Assembly (NCBI RefSeq): GCF_001194135.2
Contig: NC_068983.1
Span: forward strand, 102,714,371-102,778,370
Direction of reading: 5' to 3'
From: Octopus bimaculoides
Lineage: Eukaryota
Length of the DNA stretch: 64,000 nucleotides
A model generated the notes under the pieces. It was not told the DNA's origin and did not search any database. It saw only the letters and a program-made list of their open reading frames with translations. The stretch's first letter is position 1; each line of letters starts with the position of its first letter. Position numbers and translations under genes: made by a program. Positions 15,595 to 29,571 of the stretch are shown here, in pieces.

Positions 15595-16433
15595 CATATT
15601 GTTCATTAGGAAATTGCAGGACCCTCATAACATTGACTAATGATAGGAGAATCCATGATGATATATATAGTCATATTTCTATGTAAAGGAAATTTGTTCC
15701 AGTTTTAATGGGTGGTGACTGCAGGGTAAATAAATGCATAAGAAAATTTTTATTATGCAGTAGCATCTTAAATGAAGTTGTTTATTTGTTGTTTTAAAAA
15801 GAAAAAAGAAAATATTTCTTCATTGTTGTAAACAAAAAAGTAAATAAAATCATAAGGACAAAATACAAAATAACAATGACTTTAAATTTCAAAATTCCTT
15901 TTATTTTTAGATACTTGCCCGCCAAAAAATGAAGGTGGGGAAAAAAATCATCTCCAGCAATCATTGTTGTTGTTATTGCTGTTGTTGTTTTGCTATACAC
16001 TTAAACATATCCCTGTATTGAATTTAGCAAATACAGATTTTGTTTTCCAGTGGTACAAGTTATTATTTTCTTATCTTATCAAGTGCAAAGGCTAGTGCCA
16101 GGATATATCTTATTTATCACTTCATGTTGAAATTTTGCATATGTGCCATATTACATGGACAAATGTATACATACATACAAACATACATGCATACATGCAT
16201 ACATACATACATACATACATACATACATACATACTACATACATACATGCAACACACATACACACACACAGAGGCACACATACCCAACATACATATAATAG
16301 ATAATTGCTCTGAGCTGCAAGAGTACTACTGCTTGTATCCTAATCTTTAATCTGTGTGGATGAAACTCGTCAAACTGAAATGAAAGGGACATTATATGAT
16401 AATAACTAAATCATATATATATGGATGTGAGCA

Positions 16434-16504
<71 letters not shown>

Positions 16505-17282
16505 ATATGTATATATATATACACACATATATATACACATATATATACATATACACATTTATATATACATACATAATAACATATATATATATACAATGTG
16601 TGTGTGCATGTGCATGTATGTATGTATGTATGTATGTATGCATGCATGTATTTGTATGTATATATGTTTGTATGTATGTATCTATGTATATATGATGAAA
16701 ATGTCATACAAGAAATTTAATTTTGAATATATAGTTTTGACTGGTTCAAGTAGATTGTTTCTTCATGAAGTCTTAGAAAATTATGGCTTTGCCAAATATA
16801 GGTAGCCAGAAATAATGAGCATTGTATAAGGACTGTCAATGTTCAAAACCAGTTAATAGGGATTTGTTACTTGTGCTTTTTTTTATGTAAGAAGTAATAT
16901 AATAAAACTAAGCAGACTAAAATCTCTCTTGCGTTTTGTATTTATTTAGTCAAATTTTGTTTTGTAATTTGTGATACAGTTTCTGTTTTGCAGCATTTAA
17001 GTATTCCATATAGGTGTGTACAATGAACTACCTGAAGTGAATGTCAGCAAGTGTGTATGTATGTATGTATGTATGTATGTATGTATACATATTCATATAT
17101 ATATATGTACATTTATATGGCATGGCTGTCATAAGATATTTGCATCCCAACCACATATCTAGATCCAGGATAAATGTCTTCTACTAAAGCCCTGGGCTGA
17201 CCAAAGCCTTAAAATGAATTTTGCTGACAGAAATTGAAAGAATACTATTGCGTGTGTGTGTGAGTGTGTATCATCATTGTCG

Positions 17283-17317
<35 letters not shown>

Positions 17318-18319
17318 GTCATCATCATCCTCCTCCTCCTCCTTTAATGACTGTTTTCCATATTAGCATGGTTTGTACAGTTTGACCAGAGCTGATTTCG
17401 GCTTGTTTTCTATGATGGGCTGCCCTTCCTTATGCCAACCACTTTACAGTGTGTGCTGGGGTTTTTTTAACATGGTACATGCACAAATGCTTTTACGTGG
17501 TACCAGCACAAGTGCTTTTTACACCATTGGCACAGGGCTCTTGCAGGCCTATCCTCTTCTTTGTGGGGAGGAGCAGAATTAACACTCTGTTGTGGATGAT
17601 GAGTCTTCTTGAGTACAGCAAGGTACCAGATGTTTCAGTCCCTTGACATCTCCTCTGTAAGGTTGTGTGAGTATGTGTATTTTGTCCTCTTGTCTTGGCA
17701 TCATGTGATAGTTGTAACTGACTGTCAGTCATGCAAGCAGTGTCATTCACTTCCAATAGTCTGTGAAAACATGTCAGGCCAAGGGGAAATATTACCTTAC
17801 TTGGAAACAGGTGAGGGTTGGTAAGGACGAGAAGAGCATCCAGCCAAAGAAAAAAATCTGTTTCAATGAATTCTGTCCTACTTATGCAAGCATGAAAAAA
17901 TGGATGTTAAAATATAATATATTATTACATTTCTTATCTTTTACTTGTTTCAGATATTGGACTGTAGCAAAGCTGGGGCATCACCTTGAAGAGTTTAATA
18001 AAACAAATTGAAGGGGACAAACACAAAGACCCCACCCCCTATATATATATATATATATTAATAAACACATTCGGTATTTCGTCTGCCGCTACGTTCTGAG
18101 TTCAAATTCCGCCGAGGTCGACTTTGCCTTTCATCCTTTCGGGATCGATTAAATAAGTATCAGTTACACACTGGGGTCGTTATAATCGACTTAATCCGTT
18201 TGTCTGTCCTTGTTTGTCCCCTCTGTGTGTAGTCCCTTGTGGATAGTAAAGAAATAACACACATGTATATGTATGTATATATTGCCTGTTATAGATGCAC
18301 AAAAATAGTTAGCAGTGAG

Positions 18320-18870
18320 AACATCAGTGAAATATATAAATGCTCAGAAGGCTCTATAGAAGTAGCTTATAGCTTCTACTACCAAGGCAACCTAAACAAC
18401 AGGAGGAAGGTGTTTCTGAAATCAAAGCAGCCAGATCAAGAATAAAGAAGGAAAATTTTCAGGCAATGATTACCTTTGCTGACAACAAGGAGTCTTTTAC
18501 TTCAAGCAAAGGATTGACTATACAATTTGTGAATACAAACTGCAATGCTGCACGACAGAAAGACATGGGGCGAATGCAGAGGATGTGTTTGAAGTTGGAA
18601 AGAAATAAAGCAAGCATGATATTCTGGATGTGTAATGTCAACATGCATGAATGATGAAGCACAGATTAGCTGATAGAAACCTGAGTGTAACAGGAATCAG
18701 ATGCAGTGTGCAAAAGACATGACTGTATCAAGACACATAATATATATGGATGAATACAGATGGGTAAAGAAGGACTACCAGGAGATTCATGTGAAAGGAA
18801 CTAACAAAAAAGAAAGGCCAAAGAAGACACATATAGAGGCAGGAAATGCTGACTTGAAGAGGCTTATTTA
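18320..18870 (+). mobile_element. Older, degraded RTE LINE 3' fragment
   Basis: Remnants SEGSIEVAYSFYY, LERNKASMIFWMCNV, ERPKKT. Confidence 0.65.
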
Positions 18871-19652
18871 TAAAATTTATTTTAAAATTATAGAAACATC
18901 ATATTGATAAAACTTTGAAAGGATTTCTGAAATGAGATTCTACAAACAAAGCCTCTTAATTAATGAAAGAGATACTTGTTAGGTTCATAGTTCACAATAA
19001 GCAATTTTATTCTATTAGCACAGTCATGATATTTTTTATATTTTTATAACCCTAGAACATATAATCTTCTCTCTTTTACTTGTTTCACTCATTTGAACTG
19101 CAGCCATGCTGGGGCATCACCTTGAGGGATTTTTCAGTTTTTTCAGTCAAACAAATCAACCCCAGGACTTATTTTTAAGCCGAGTACTTATTTTATCAGT
19201 CTCTTCAACCAAATTATTAAGCTACAGGGGCATAAACATATCAACACCAGTTGTCAAGCAGCGGTGAGAACAAACACAGATACAAAAATAGATTCCTACA
19301 AAAATATTTTTTCTCTCTCCATTTTTTTTTATTCTCTCTTCTTTTTTTTTTCCTCTTAATCCTTTCTGTTGAAGACTGTAGGCTCAAAACGTAAAAGACT
19401 TTTTCCATTCTTCTAGTACACCTGCTTGTTGTTCCTACGCCTGTCTTCATCTTTTTGTAAATTTGAACTATATATACATAAAATAGGCCTCTTTCAGTTT
19501 CCATCTACCAAATCCACTCACATGGCTTTGGTTTTCCCAAGGCTATAGCAGAAGGCATTTACCCGTGGTGTCAATCAGTGGGACTGAACCCTGAGCCATG
19601 TGGTTGGGAAACAAGTTTCTTACCACATAGTCACATCTGCATCTAGATATAT

Positions 19653-20852
19653 ATTGGGTCATCTCATAAATAATGTGTTTTTTTATACTTCTTTTATTTT
19701 TCAAAATTAAGATAAACAAAGTTCCTTTTTAATCTAAAATATACTATACTTCATTTTTCACAATGCTCTTCTATCTATCTGGTAGACTTGCAAGGCCCTT
19801 CTTCCAAAATTCACTTGTCCATAATGAAAAATACTCCTCCAGTATTGTTCTGGCCTCATCTACAGAATTCATATTTTCTCCATCCAAATGATTTTGAAGA
19901 CTGCAGAATAAATGATAATCAAATGGGGCAATGTCTGGTGAATATGGTGGGTGGGGCATCGTTTCTCATTCAAACTGCTCTAGTCTTTGGAATGTCATCC
20001 TCACTGTATATGGCCAAGCATTATCCTGATGGAAGAACAACTTTTAACTTGAAACCAAAGATGGTCGTTTTTCTTCTGGCGCTGACTTAAGCTGCTCACA
20101 GTAGATTTCCTTTGCTATTGTTTGGTTTGGGTTTAAAAGTTCAAAGTGGACTAAACCTTTCATATCCCAGCAAACAGATAACAACAATTTACATAAGTGA
20201 AAACCTTCTTTAACCTGGGGTGCCGGTGTTTCTCCTCTCCCTACCCATTGTTTCCAGCACTTGACATTTTTATAGAAAACCCATTTCTCTTCATCAGTTA
20301 CTATTTGGTCCAAAAAAGGTTCATTCATGAGACATGACAGCAAAGAAGAGTGATTGTGTACAATCACTCTCTGCACGTGCTTAGACTTGGGAAGTTTGTG
20401 AAGAATCCATTGACCCAATCTGCTGACTTTTCCAATGGCACACAAGTGTCAATGAATGGTTGAAAGACCAAATCCAAGCTTCTCTGCTAGTTCCTCAACA
20501 GTTATGATGGGATTTTGTTGCACAGGATGAGGCTCATTTTCTAGGCTGTAGTTTCTGGTTCAGAATTTCTGGAACCACTGTTGACGCTGGCTTATGCTTA
20601 TTGCCCAGTCCCCATATACTGCATTAATGTTCCTTGCACTTTCCATTGCGTTGTTACTTTTATTGAAGACATATAGCTTTGAAAAAATAACTGTTAAAGT
20701 CGAACTGCACTCTTCAAAACTTGCACTAAGAATAAGTACAAGGTAAAATTACTACCTGCTTTTATAGCAAGTTGATGAAGGTAGTTTATCCCGTCCTTCT
20801 CTGACTTTTAGTTCATGCAATTGAAAAAACACATTTATGGGATGACCCAATA
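19653..20852 (-). mobile_element. Mariner transposon relic (~1.2 kb) with both TIRs; frameshifted transposase
   Basis: TIRs attgggtcatc(t/c)cataaat in TA context at both ends; remnants IVTDEEKWVFY (20044-20445) and HPPYSPDIAPFDYHLF (19771-19959). Confidence 0.9.
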
Positions 20853-21492
20853 TATATATGGGATCCCCTCAGATCATGAACGATATCGAGATTGCACCTA
20901 GAAACTTCCCCTCCAAGCCACAAGCTTGGGTAACATTGTTTATGGATGACCAGTCACCCATGCATACCAGGCTCCTCTCTCCACAGTTTCCAAAGGAAAG
21001 GTAAAGGCTGATACAGCTTGGCACCAGTGTTGCTGCAACTGAGTGAACAGGAGCAATGTGAAATAAATTGTCTTACTCAAGAACACAACACACAACCCAG
21101 CTGGGAATCGAACTCACAACCACAATTGTAAGCCAAATGCTCTAACCACTGGGCCGAGAGTCTTCACTACAACCCTAGGACTTAATATTTTTTGAAACCT
21201 CATACTTACTCTATATGGCTCTTTTGCAAAACTGCTAAATTAGAGGGACGTAAACACACTACTACTGGTTGTCAAACGGTGGTGGGAGTTAAACACAAAC
21301 ATACATAGATATATGCATAAACATATATACGATAGTCTTCTTTCAGTTTCTGTCTACCAAATCCACTCACAAGGCTTTGGTCAGCCAGAGGCTATAGTAG
21401 AAGACACTTGCCCAAAGTGTCACACAATTGGACTGAATCCTGAACCATGTGGTTGAGAAGCAAATTTCTTACCACACAACCATATATGTGTA

Positions 21493-21525
<33 letters not shown>

Positions 21526-21527
<2 letters not shown>

Positions 21528-22828
21528 TCATCATCATCATCATCATCATCGTCGTCGTCGTGTAACGTCCGCTTTCCATGCTAGCATGGGTTGGACGATT
21601 TGACTGAGGACTGGTAGGCTCCAATCTGATTTGGCAGAGTTTCTACAACTGGATGCCCTTCCTAACGCCAACCACTCCGAGTGTAGTAGATGCTTTTACG
21701 TGCCACCCGCACGAAGGCCAGTCAAGCGGTACTGGCAACGGCCACGCTCAAAATGCTGTATTTTACATGCCACCTGCACAGGAGCCAGTTCGGCAGCACT
21801 GGCAACAATCTCGCTCGAATGTCTGTACACGTGCCATCTGTCACAAGTGCCAGGAAGGTGATGCTAGGCACAGGTGCCATTGACGGTTTCACTTTCGCTT
21901 GCCCCAATAGGTCTTCGCAAGCCGAGTTTCGTTTCCAATGAAGGAGACGACATTGGCATGGGTGCCAGTCATCGAATTTAATTCGATTTCGATTTCACTT
22001 GCCTCAACAGGTCTTCACAAGCGGAGTTTAGTGTCCAATGAAGGAAGGTATGTATAAGTGGGCTGCCTGAGGCCTTCGATTTAGGTCTCACCGGGTCTTC
22101 TCACGTACAGCATATTTCCAAAGGTCTCGGTCAGAAGTCATCACCTCGGTAAGGCCCAATGTTCGAAGGTCGTGCCTCACCACCTCATCCCAGGTCTTCC
22201 TGGGCCTACCTCTTCCACAGGTTCCCTCCACTGCTAGGGTGTGACACTTTTTCACACAGCTATCCTCATCCATTCTCACTACATGACCATACCAGCGCAA
22301 TTGTCTTTCTTGCACATCACAACTGATGCTTCGTAAGTTCAACTTTTCTCTCAAGGTATTAACACTCTGTCTAGTATGCACACTGACATTACACATCCAT
22401 CGGAGAATACTGGCTTCATTCCTTGCGAGCCTACGCATGTCCTCAGCAGTCACGGCCCATGTTTCACTGCCATGAAGAATGGCTGTTCGTACACAAGCGT
22501 CATACAGTCTGCCTTTTACTCAGAGAGAGAGACCCTTTGTCGCCAGCAGAGGTAAGAGCTCTCTGAACTTTGCCCAGGCTATTCTTATTCTAGCAGCTAC
22601 GCTTTCAGCGCACCCACCCCCACTACTAATTTGGTCACCAAGATAGCGGAAGCTATGAAGCACTTCTAGTTTTTCTCCCTGGAATGTGGCAGAAGTTGTT
22701 TTCTGCACATTCACAGTGTTTATAGCTCCTGAACATCTGCTACAAACGAAAACTAACTTCCTAGTTAACCTTCCTTTGATATTGCTGCACCTCTTATGTG
22801 TCCATAGGTTGCACTGGGTGCATCTTAT
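21526..22828 (-). mobile_element. RTE-clade LINE 3' portion (PHD-like finger, RT C-terminus, repetitive 3' UTR, (GAT)n tail)
   Basis: Frame 22826 to 22088 has a single stop: FRYLGDQISSGGGC, LHGSETW, LRWYGHVVRM, GRGRPRKTW; tail catgctagcatggaaagcggacgtt then (gat)n. Confidence 0.9.
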
Positions 22829-25189
22829 ATATTAGAGTTAACAAATGAGATCGAGAGAATCTCCATATAAGAAACACTTAGTGGTCAAAAGATTTGAATT
22901 TACACTCCAAGATCTTTACCAAGGACCAAGTCAGTGGAGTAAAGAGTGGCTATAAGAGGAATTCAAGTGAGCAGATATGGAGACAAGTTAAAATTATGGT
23001 CTAGTAACAGATTTTTCATGTGATCAGCTGAGTTATGGACCAACTAGCAGCCAGATATCACATGATGCATCCTTCTAGAAGCTTCCAGAATATTCTCCAA
23101 ACAAGGCATATAAATAGGTACGTTTTGAGCACCAAACTTCAGTTTGTGGCTGCCAGCAACTAAGCTAACCACATACTCATTTTGCTACTTTTAAGAGTTG
23201 TTATCACAGCTGTTACTCAACCTAAACATGCAGCTACAGTTCATCAACATGAACCCAGTATGTATATTTTCTCCTGTCTTGGTAGTTTGGTTACAGAGGC
23301 TTTTAAGCAATTATTTGTAAGAGCTACATAATTGTCCTTCTAGTGAGTAAACCTTGTTACAATTTTTAATTCATTACCCAACATGTAAAGTATTTGTGCA
23401 GTAAATTAAAATTCTGTTAATTATTCATGAGTGTTGTGCATTCATTATATGCAGCCTGAACCCAACTGAACTACCATCATCTCATATCTTTCATCCTTTG
23501 TCTATTGTGGCAATCATCAACTACACTACATGACAATATCAATGGCATGTTTATGTCTTTATTCAGAATATAGACTTCCGTTATTCTTCTACTTATTTTA
23601 AACATTACACTACAGCCATGATAGAACACAGCCTTGAAAGAACTTTAATCAAGCATATCAACAATAGCTACTTCTCACCATCCTTATTTTGTTTCACACA
23701 ACAATCCCAACAACTTAAACATTTCATAAAATTCTTCTTTCGAAGAACTGTAACTTTAATTGGTAGAATAAACTTATATGCATATACAGAATCAGGTAAA
23801 ATGATAGTTGAGAGCAACAAATTTAGAATAGCAGAGAAGCCTAAAATTCATCTTTGATTCATAATTTGTTCCTTACAGCTGTTTCAGAGATCTTAAACAC
23901 TGAGGATGTCCTTTATGATATTTATAGAACTGTATCACTCTAGAATAACTCCCTTCCTCCTTCCTTGTCTATTTTTCCCCTCCAGTCACCAACCAACAAG
24001 AAAATGAGTTTGTGAAGTTCATGAGTATCACCTGCTCTTCATTAGTCAGAATAAAGATTTATAATTTGAATTCAAGATTGAGAATTTATCATTTAGTTGA
24101 GCTTGCTCAGATTTGCATCACAGAAATTTTTTGTTGGCTAACAACATCCATGGTCACCGCAGAAACCACAACATCAATAAAACTGCTCTACTGTTTCTGC
24201 TGCTCAGTGGACTTCCATTATAATATTGATTTCTTTTGGTTACAAATATGGTTATTATTTATAAGGCAGGGATAGAATTGATTAACCAACCCCAGTGTGT
24301 TACTGGTACATATTCAACTGACCCTTAACAGGGTATAAAGTAGAGCTAGTAAAGAAGAAGAATAACAAGCAGCAGCTGAATGTGTAAAGTTTAGGGTGCA
24401 TAGAGGAGAATTGAACCAAGTTTATTATTAGAAATAATAATACTGCAGAAAATGGAGATTTGGAGAATATTTTATTCAAGAAAGAAGTCAATAGGTCTCA
24501 CCTTTTCCTGGAAGAATGTACAAAACCACCAATGATTGCAGATTTTTCTCTTCAGATAAAATAAGAATGTGTGTAAGTTTCTGTGAAAAGTTTTGCGTGA
24601 TAATATATATTTTAAAATATGATTGTGTTTATAATAGAGGTTATGAGTGATAATTTATATACGTCTTCTGAAACTTTAGGGTTGGAAACTGGAAAGTCAT
24701 CTCCAAATTTTGGTGGGGGTTGATAAATGTTCTCTTTTTAATTTATTTTTATTTTTTAACATTCTACTGGAGGGAATCAACAAGAGAAATTTCAAGAAAA
24801 AAAAAAGGCTTGTGGTGACTCTTTGACATTTTAGAATTAGTACTACTATTCTCCAAACCACAGTTATAAATAAAGAATTGGCAATTGAAAAAAAAGTAAC
24901 TACTTTTTTTGTCAGCTAAGTTTTGAAACAAAACAAGTACTTGAATTACATAATCAGACAAAAAACATTTTTAAAATTATGCATTTGGCCATGACAGTTT
25001 ATTATGAAATTTTCATGAAAATGGCCTCCTTGGAATATATTCATTGTTCTTATGATTGAATAAATTTCCAAAAAGAAAACAAATTTATACATTCTCTCAA
25101 AGTTTTTGTACATTTAATCATTAAATTTTTTTTTAACATTTTAAAAGCATTCTATAAATAAAATACAAAAAAATAAAGATTGTAAGTAT

Positions 25190-25195
25190 TTTATT
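25190..25195 (-). promoter_or_regulatory. Candidate polyadenylation signal (AATAAA) for ELAPOR
   Basis: tttatt on the + strand about 800 nt past the stop, with a T-rich tract downstream on the minus strand; several alternative hexamers exist. Confidence 0.25.
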
Positions 25196-25466
25196 AGAAA
25201 AAAATGAAGAACAATTTTAGAACTAAATAAAAAAATTGAGCCAAAGATTCAGACATATGACTATACTATCATATTAATATTAATACGATAGTATATTAAT
25301 AGAATGGTGGGTATAGATGCCAATATAACATGACACATTTCTATGTGGAGGGGTGTTGAAGCGTATGAGGTGTATCCATACGACAGCATTGAGATATGTG
25401 TGTGACAGCATTGTATATTCTTTAATAATGGTATATGCCTATATGAAAGTATTGTCAAATGCTTTC

Positions 25467-25520
<54 letters not shown>

Positions 25521-25983
25521 AAATTTTATAAAAGTCTGTTAACAATATTGACACATCTGCATATAACCATAATATAATAGTAATGATGTACATCATATTT
25601 TAGACACATTAGTATAACAGTACTGAACATTTAAACTTGCCAATAAAACATAAATCAGTGTGAGAGGGACCATTGATGTATGCTTGTATAAGACAATATC
25701 CACACGTCAACAGGCTCCTATTGGTAACAGTGGTTTAGCCATGTTGTAGCAAAGTTACAAACACTGGAATGTTTCTTTCAAATACTTTGATTCTGTTTAA
25801 GCTGAGTTCAATGACCTTTATACTTCAAACAGGTTTCCAGTAAAAATCCAATAAAAGCACAGTTTTAACAAACTATAACACAAAAATATGGACTTGTAGA
25901 ATGACATTTTTTTTCATAATAAATTTTTTTTTTTCTTTTTTTCTTTTTAATCCAATGTTAAGCCAGTAGTTCTAAGTGACACC

Positions 25984-26052
25984 TTATGTAAACTGTTCAT
26001 CAAGTGGCATCTTTACATGGTCAAATGGTATATTTTCAAAATGGCTGCTATC
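25984..26052 (-). CDS. ELAPOR (KIAA1324-like): Probable terminal ELAPOR exon: DSSHFENIPFDHVKMPLDEQFT*
   Basis: ttttccattgcag acceptor, phase 0; resembles the family F[DE]S[VI]xL tail; TAA at 25984-25986. Confidence 0.7.
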   Translation of the reverse strand, partial: DSSHFENIPFDHVKMPLDEQFT

Positions 26053-29000
26053 CTGCAATGGAAAACGTGTTAAATTCTGTTGAAATAAAAATTCAGTGAA
26101 AACAAAGCAAAATCATAAACTGATTTCCAAAATAAAGTGTTGATCATTCTTTGATTTTCCTTCAATGTAACCAAAAAATGGCCAAAAACTTCAAGGAGAG
26201 TACAAACAATTACATATCAACTCCACTACATGCATTGGTAACTATTTTATTGACCACAGAATAATGAAACGTTGATCTTAGTGTGATTTCATCTTAGATG
26301 TAAAGTGACATAACTATATATAAATTTTGCCAATCCACTGCTCTCTAATCCTTATGAAAATAATATTCCAAATTCAGGCTCAAGGCCAGCATTTTTATTT
26401 TTATTCATTTAAAGTGGAGGCAGTTGGTTGTATCAACTCCAATACATGATTAGTATTTTATATAATAAACAACAGAAATATAAAAAGCAAAGTCTTTCTC
26501 AATCAAATTTTAAATTCAGATATCACTAATAACTAAATACCAATTTTGCCAAACTGCCACTTTCTGATCCTTATTAATAAAAAAAAAAAATCCAACCAGG
26601 TGTTAATTTTCAGCAACATATTGAACTAGTCTGACCATTCTAAACCAAAAAACAAGCTAAAATTATTCTTTACTTGCAGACATACATTATTTAAGCTATA
26701 TGATTACTTGAACAAACAAACAAAAAATCAATACAAGTAACAGGCTAGATTTCTCCACAAATTCCAGTTTCTGAGATCAAACAAATATCACACAATAATT
26801 CTTTCATAGATGAAAATACAAAAATCATAAAATAATCTAACCATCAAACTTTCTGCTTTCCCTCCCAACCAACATTTCTCATTCACACATTGACTTATAA
26901 CTGTTTTCTCTGAACATAAACAGCATCAGCTTTATCAATCTCAACACTGCTTCTCCTCCCTGACAATCATATTTCTTTAAAAAAATCATGACTATTTGAT
27001 GTTTGATTGTTATGCTTTTTTTTAAATGATGTAATTATTTTCTCTTTTATACAATCATCTAAAGCAGAGCTTTGTTCCTCGTTAAAATTGCACTTTACTG
27101 ATCCAGTGATTAATATTAAATACATTTTGCCCTCAAATCTTGATATATATGTATATGGATGATTTTTAGATTTTTGAAAACAGATGTTATTTTGAAAAAA
27201 AAAAGAGTATTCCAATAAATTTTACAAGTAAGAACAATTAATAATGGCACACATAACACAAAGTGTTGACCTATCATGACAAAATAAGCTACCAAAATGG
27301 AATGGCTTCACCATATCAATGGCACAAGGTAACAAGTTTGTAGGGCAAGGGTACTGTTGATTGCATTGACTCTAGTATATAATTGATTCTCAATGTCTAA
27401 TCAGTAATGGAATATAAGAATATAATCCTTTATTTAATGCTTTATTGCCTCCTCTGTGGTAACTCCATAGTACGCGAGCAACAAACACTGATATCACACA
27501 ATAAAGAACAGAACAATAAAATGAACATCTGAAGTAAAATAATTTCAAATTAAATGTGAAAAACTCATAAAAAATAGACATACACACGCACACAAAAACT
27601 TAAATTAATCTGATACAGTGAAAGCATTGTCTGCCAAGAAAATAAGAAGGTTTTTATCAATGTATGAACTATATCACAATATAAACAAAAGGTAAGCTTT
27701 ATGAATCAGCACAAGAAAAGCCCTTCTCAAGATCACATCACTTTGCCTACCTTCAAGTTTAACAAAATCACAATCCTTCTGAAGCAGAAAGAGAAGAGAA
27801 GCCATTCAAAGAAAGGGTCATTGTTTTTTGTTTTTTTTTGAAGTGTTGCATATAACTTTCTTTTAGATTTTATTTGGAAGACATTAAAACAATATATATT
27901 AACCTCTTTCTTTGTCTATTTGTTATTATTAAATAATTTACAGCAAAAATGTAATAATTAAATTTAGTGTGGAAAATAACACTATGGTATGGGGAAACTC
28001 AAAATGTTTTGCATCAGTATAAAAAGAATAAATCATTAAGGGAATTCATAAAATAACACAAGAGTTCAAAAGGATGACATCCAACCCATAGAAAACAGAT
28101 GTTAAAGGATGATGATGATGATGATGAGCTCCAATCAAAATATTAAAACTTCACCTTATGTAAACTTATTTTATGACATTTAGATTTAATATAACTTAAT
28201 CAAAAATCATAGACTCTGTCAGTCTGGGCTAAAAACAACCCCATCAATGTGGTAACCATCACAACCACAAACACAATCACAACCACAAACACCACGAGCA
28301 ATAGAAACTATTTGATAACATAACAATACTCACTCTTGATCCCATTTTGGAGCGGAGAGTCTTCAGCAGGCTTTTGCGTTTAGAGTCCTTAGGAAAGTCA
28401 ACCACATCAAAATGTTCTTCTTCCCCATCATCAAGGGCACAAGTTTCAGCAGCTGGAAGCTCCTTTTCCCCAGTGGCACTTTCCACTAACATCATATACT
28501 TGTATTCCAGTCTGAAAACAAAAGTTTGCATTTTAGTGTTTTCTATGATTTTCTTTTAATTTTAAATGTAAATGACACTGAACTTACATCTACACTGAGA
28601 AATAAACTGAATTGACTGATTAATGATTTAGTTTGCAGCAATAACAACAACTACAATTTCCTCTATTATTGACCACTGGAGACAATACAAAGATGAAATA
28701 AACAGAAAAAAACAAAGAAACAGTAACAGGGTGAGATCAACAAAAACAATGACATAAAAAATGGCTTCAAATTTTGGCATAAGGCCAGCAATTTTAGGAG
28801 AAGGGGAATAGTTTAATGGTATTATTTTATTAATCCCAAAAGGATGAAAGACAAAACTGACCTTGGCTGAATTTAAACTCAGAACATAAAAGCCAGAAGA
28901 AATGCAACTAAGCATTCTGTCTGCCATACTAATGATTCTGCCAGCTCAGAGTAATAACAATATAGAACACCGGTTAAATATGTATTAATATTATCTTTAT

Positions 29001-29522
29001 TATTATTGTAACCTTAAACTTCGTTCAAATTGTATTTAAAACGATAATTATTTATGTAAGCTGGTTTTTGTATATAATATACATGTTAGCATATATTATN
29101 NNNNNNNNNNNNNNNNNNNNNNNNNNNNNNNNNNNNNNNNNNNNNNNNNNNNNNNNNNNNNNNNNNNNNNNNNNNNNNNNNNNNNNNNNNNNNNNNNNNA
29201 TATACATATACATACATATATATATACATATATATATATACATATATACGTATATACACACACACATATATATACTTTAAAGTATGGATGACTTAAGTTT
29301 ACTGATAACCTCCCCATTCTTACAAACACCAAGGAGATAGCTAACTTGCTTTGTGATCATGAGTGCACCAAATCTCACATGTGCATATGCTAACATTTTT
29401 GCAGATTCTTATATGAGCGAGTGTACCCATACCATACAGCTTGCCCAAAGGCATTTATATGTCCATATTTGATAATGTATATTTTTAATATTTTACTCAC
29501 TGAAAAGTAATAGAAGTAAAAG

Positions 29523-29571
<49 letters not shown>

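Noticed and set aside
688-17000. Many long ORFs (YIYI, HTHT, poly-X) in the ORF track
   Set aside because: They are translations of (TA)n/(CA)n/(TACA)n microsatellites and N gaps, not genes.
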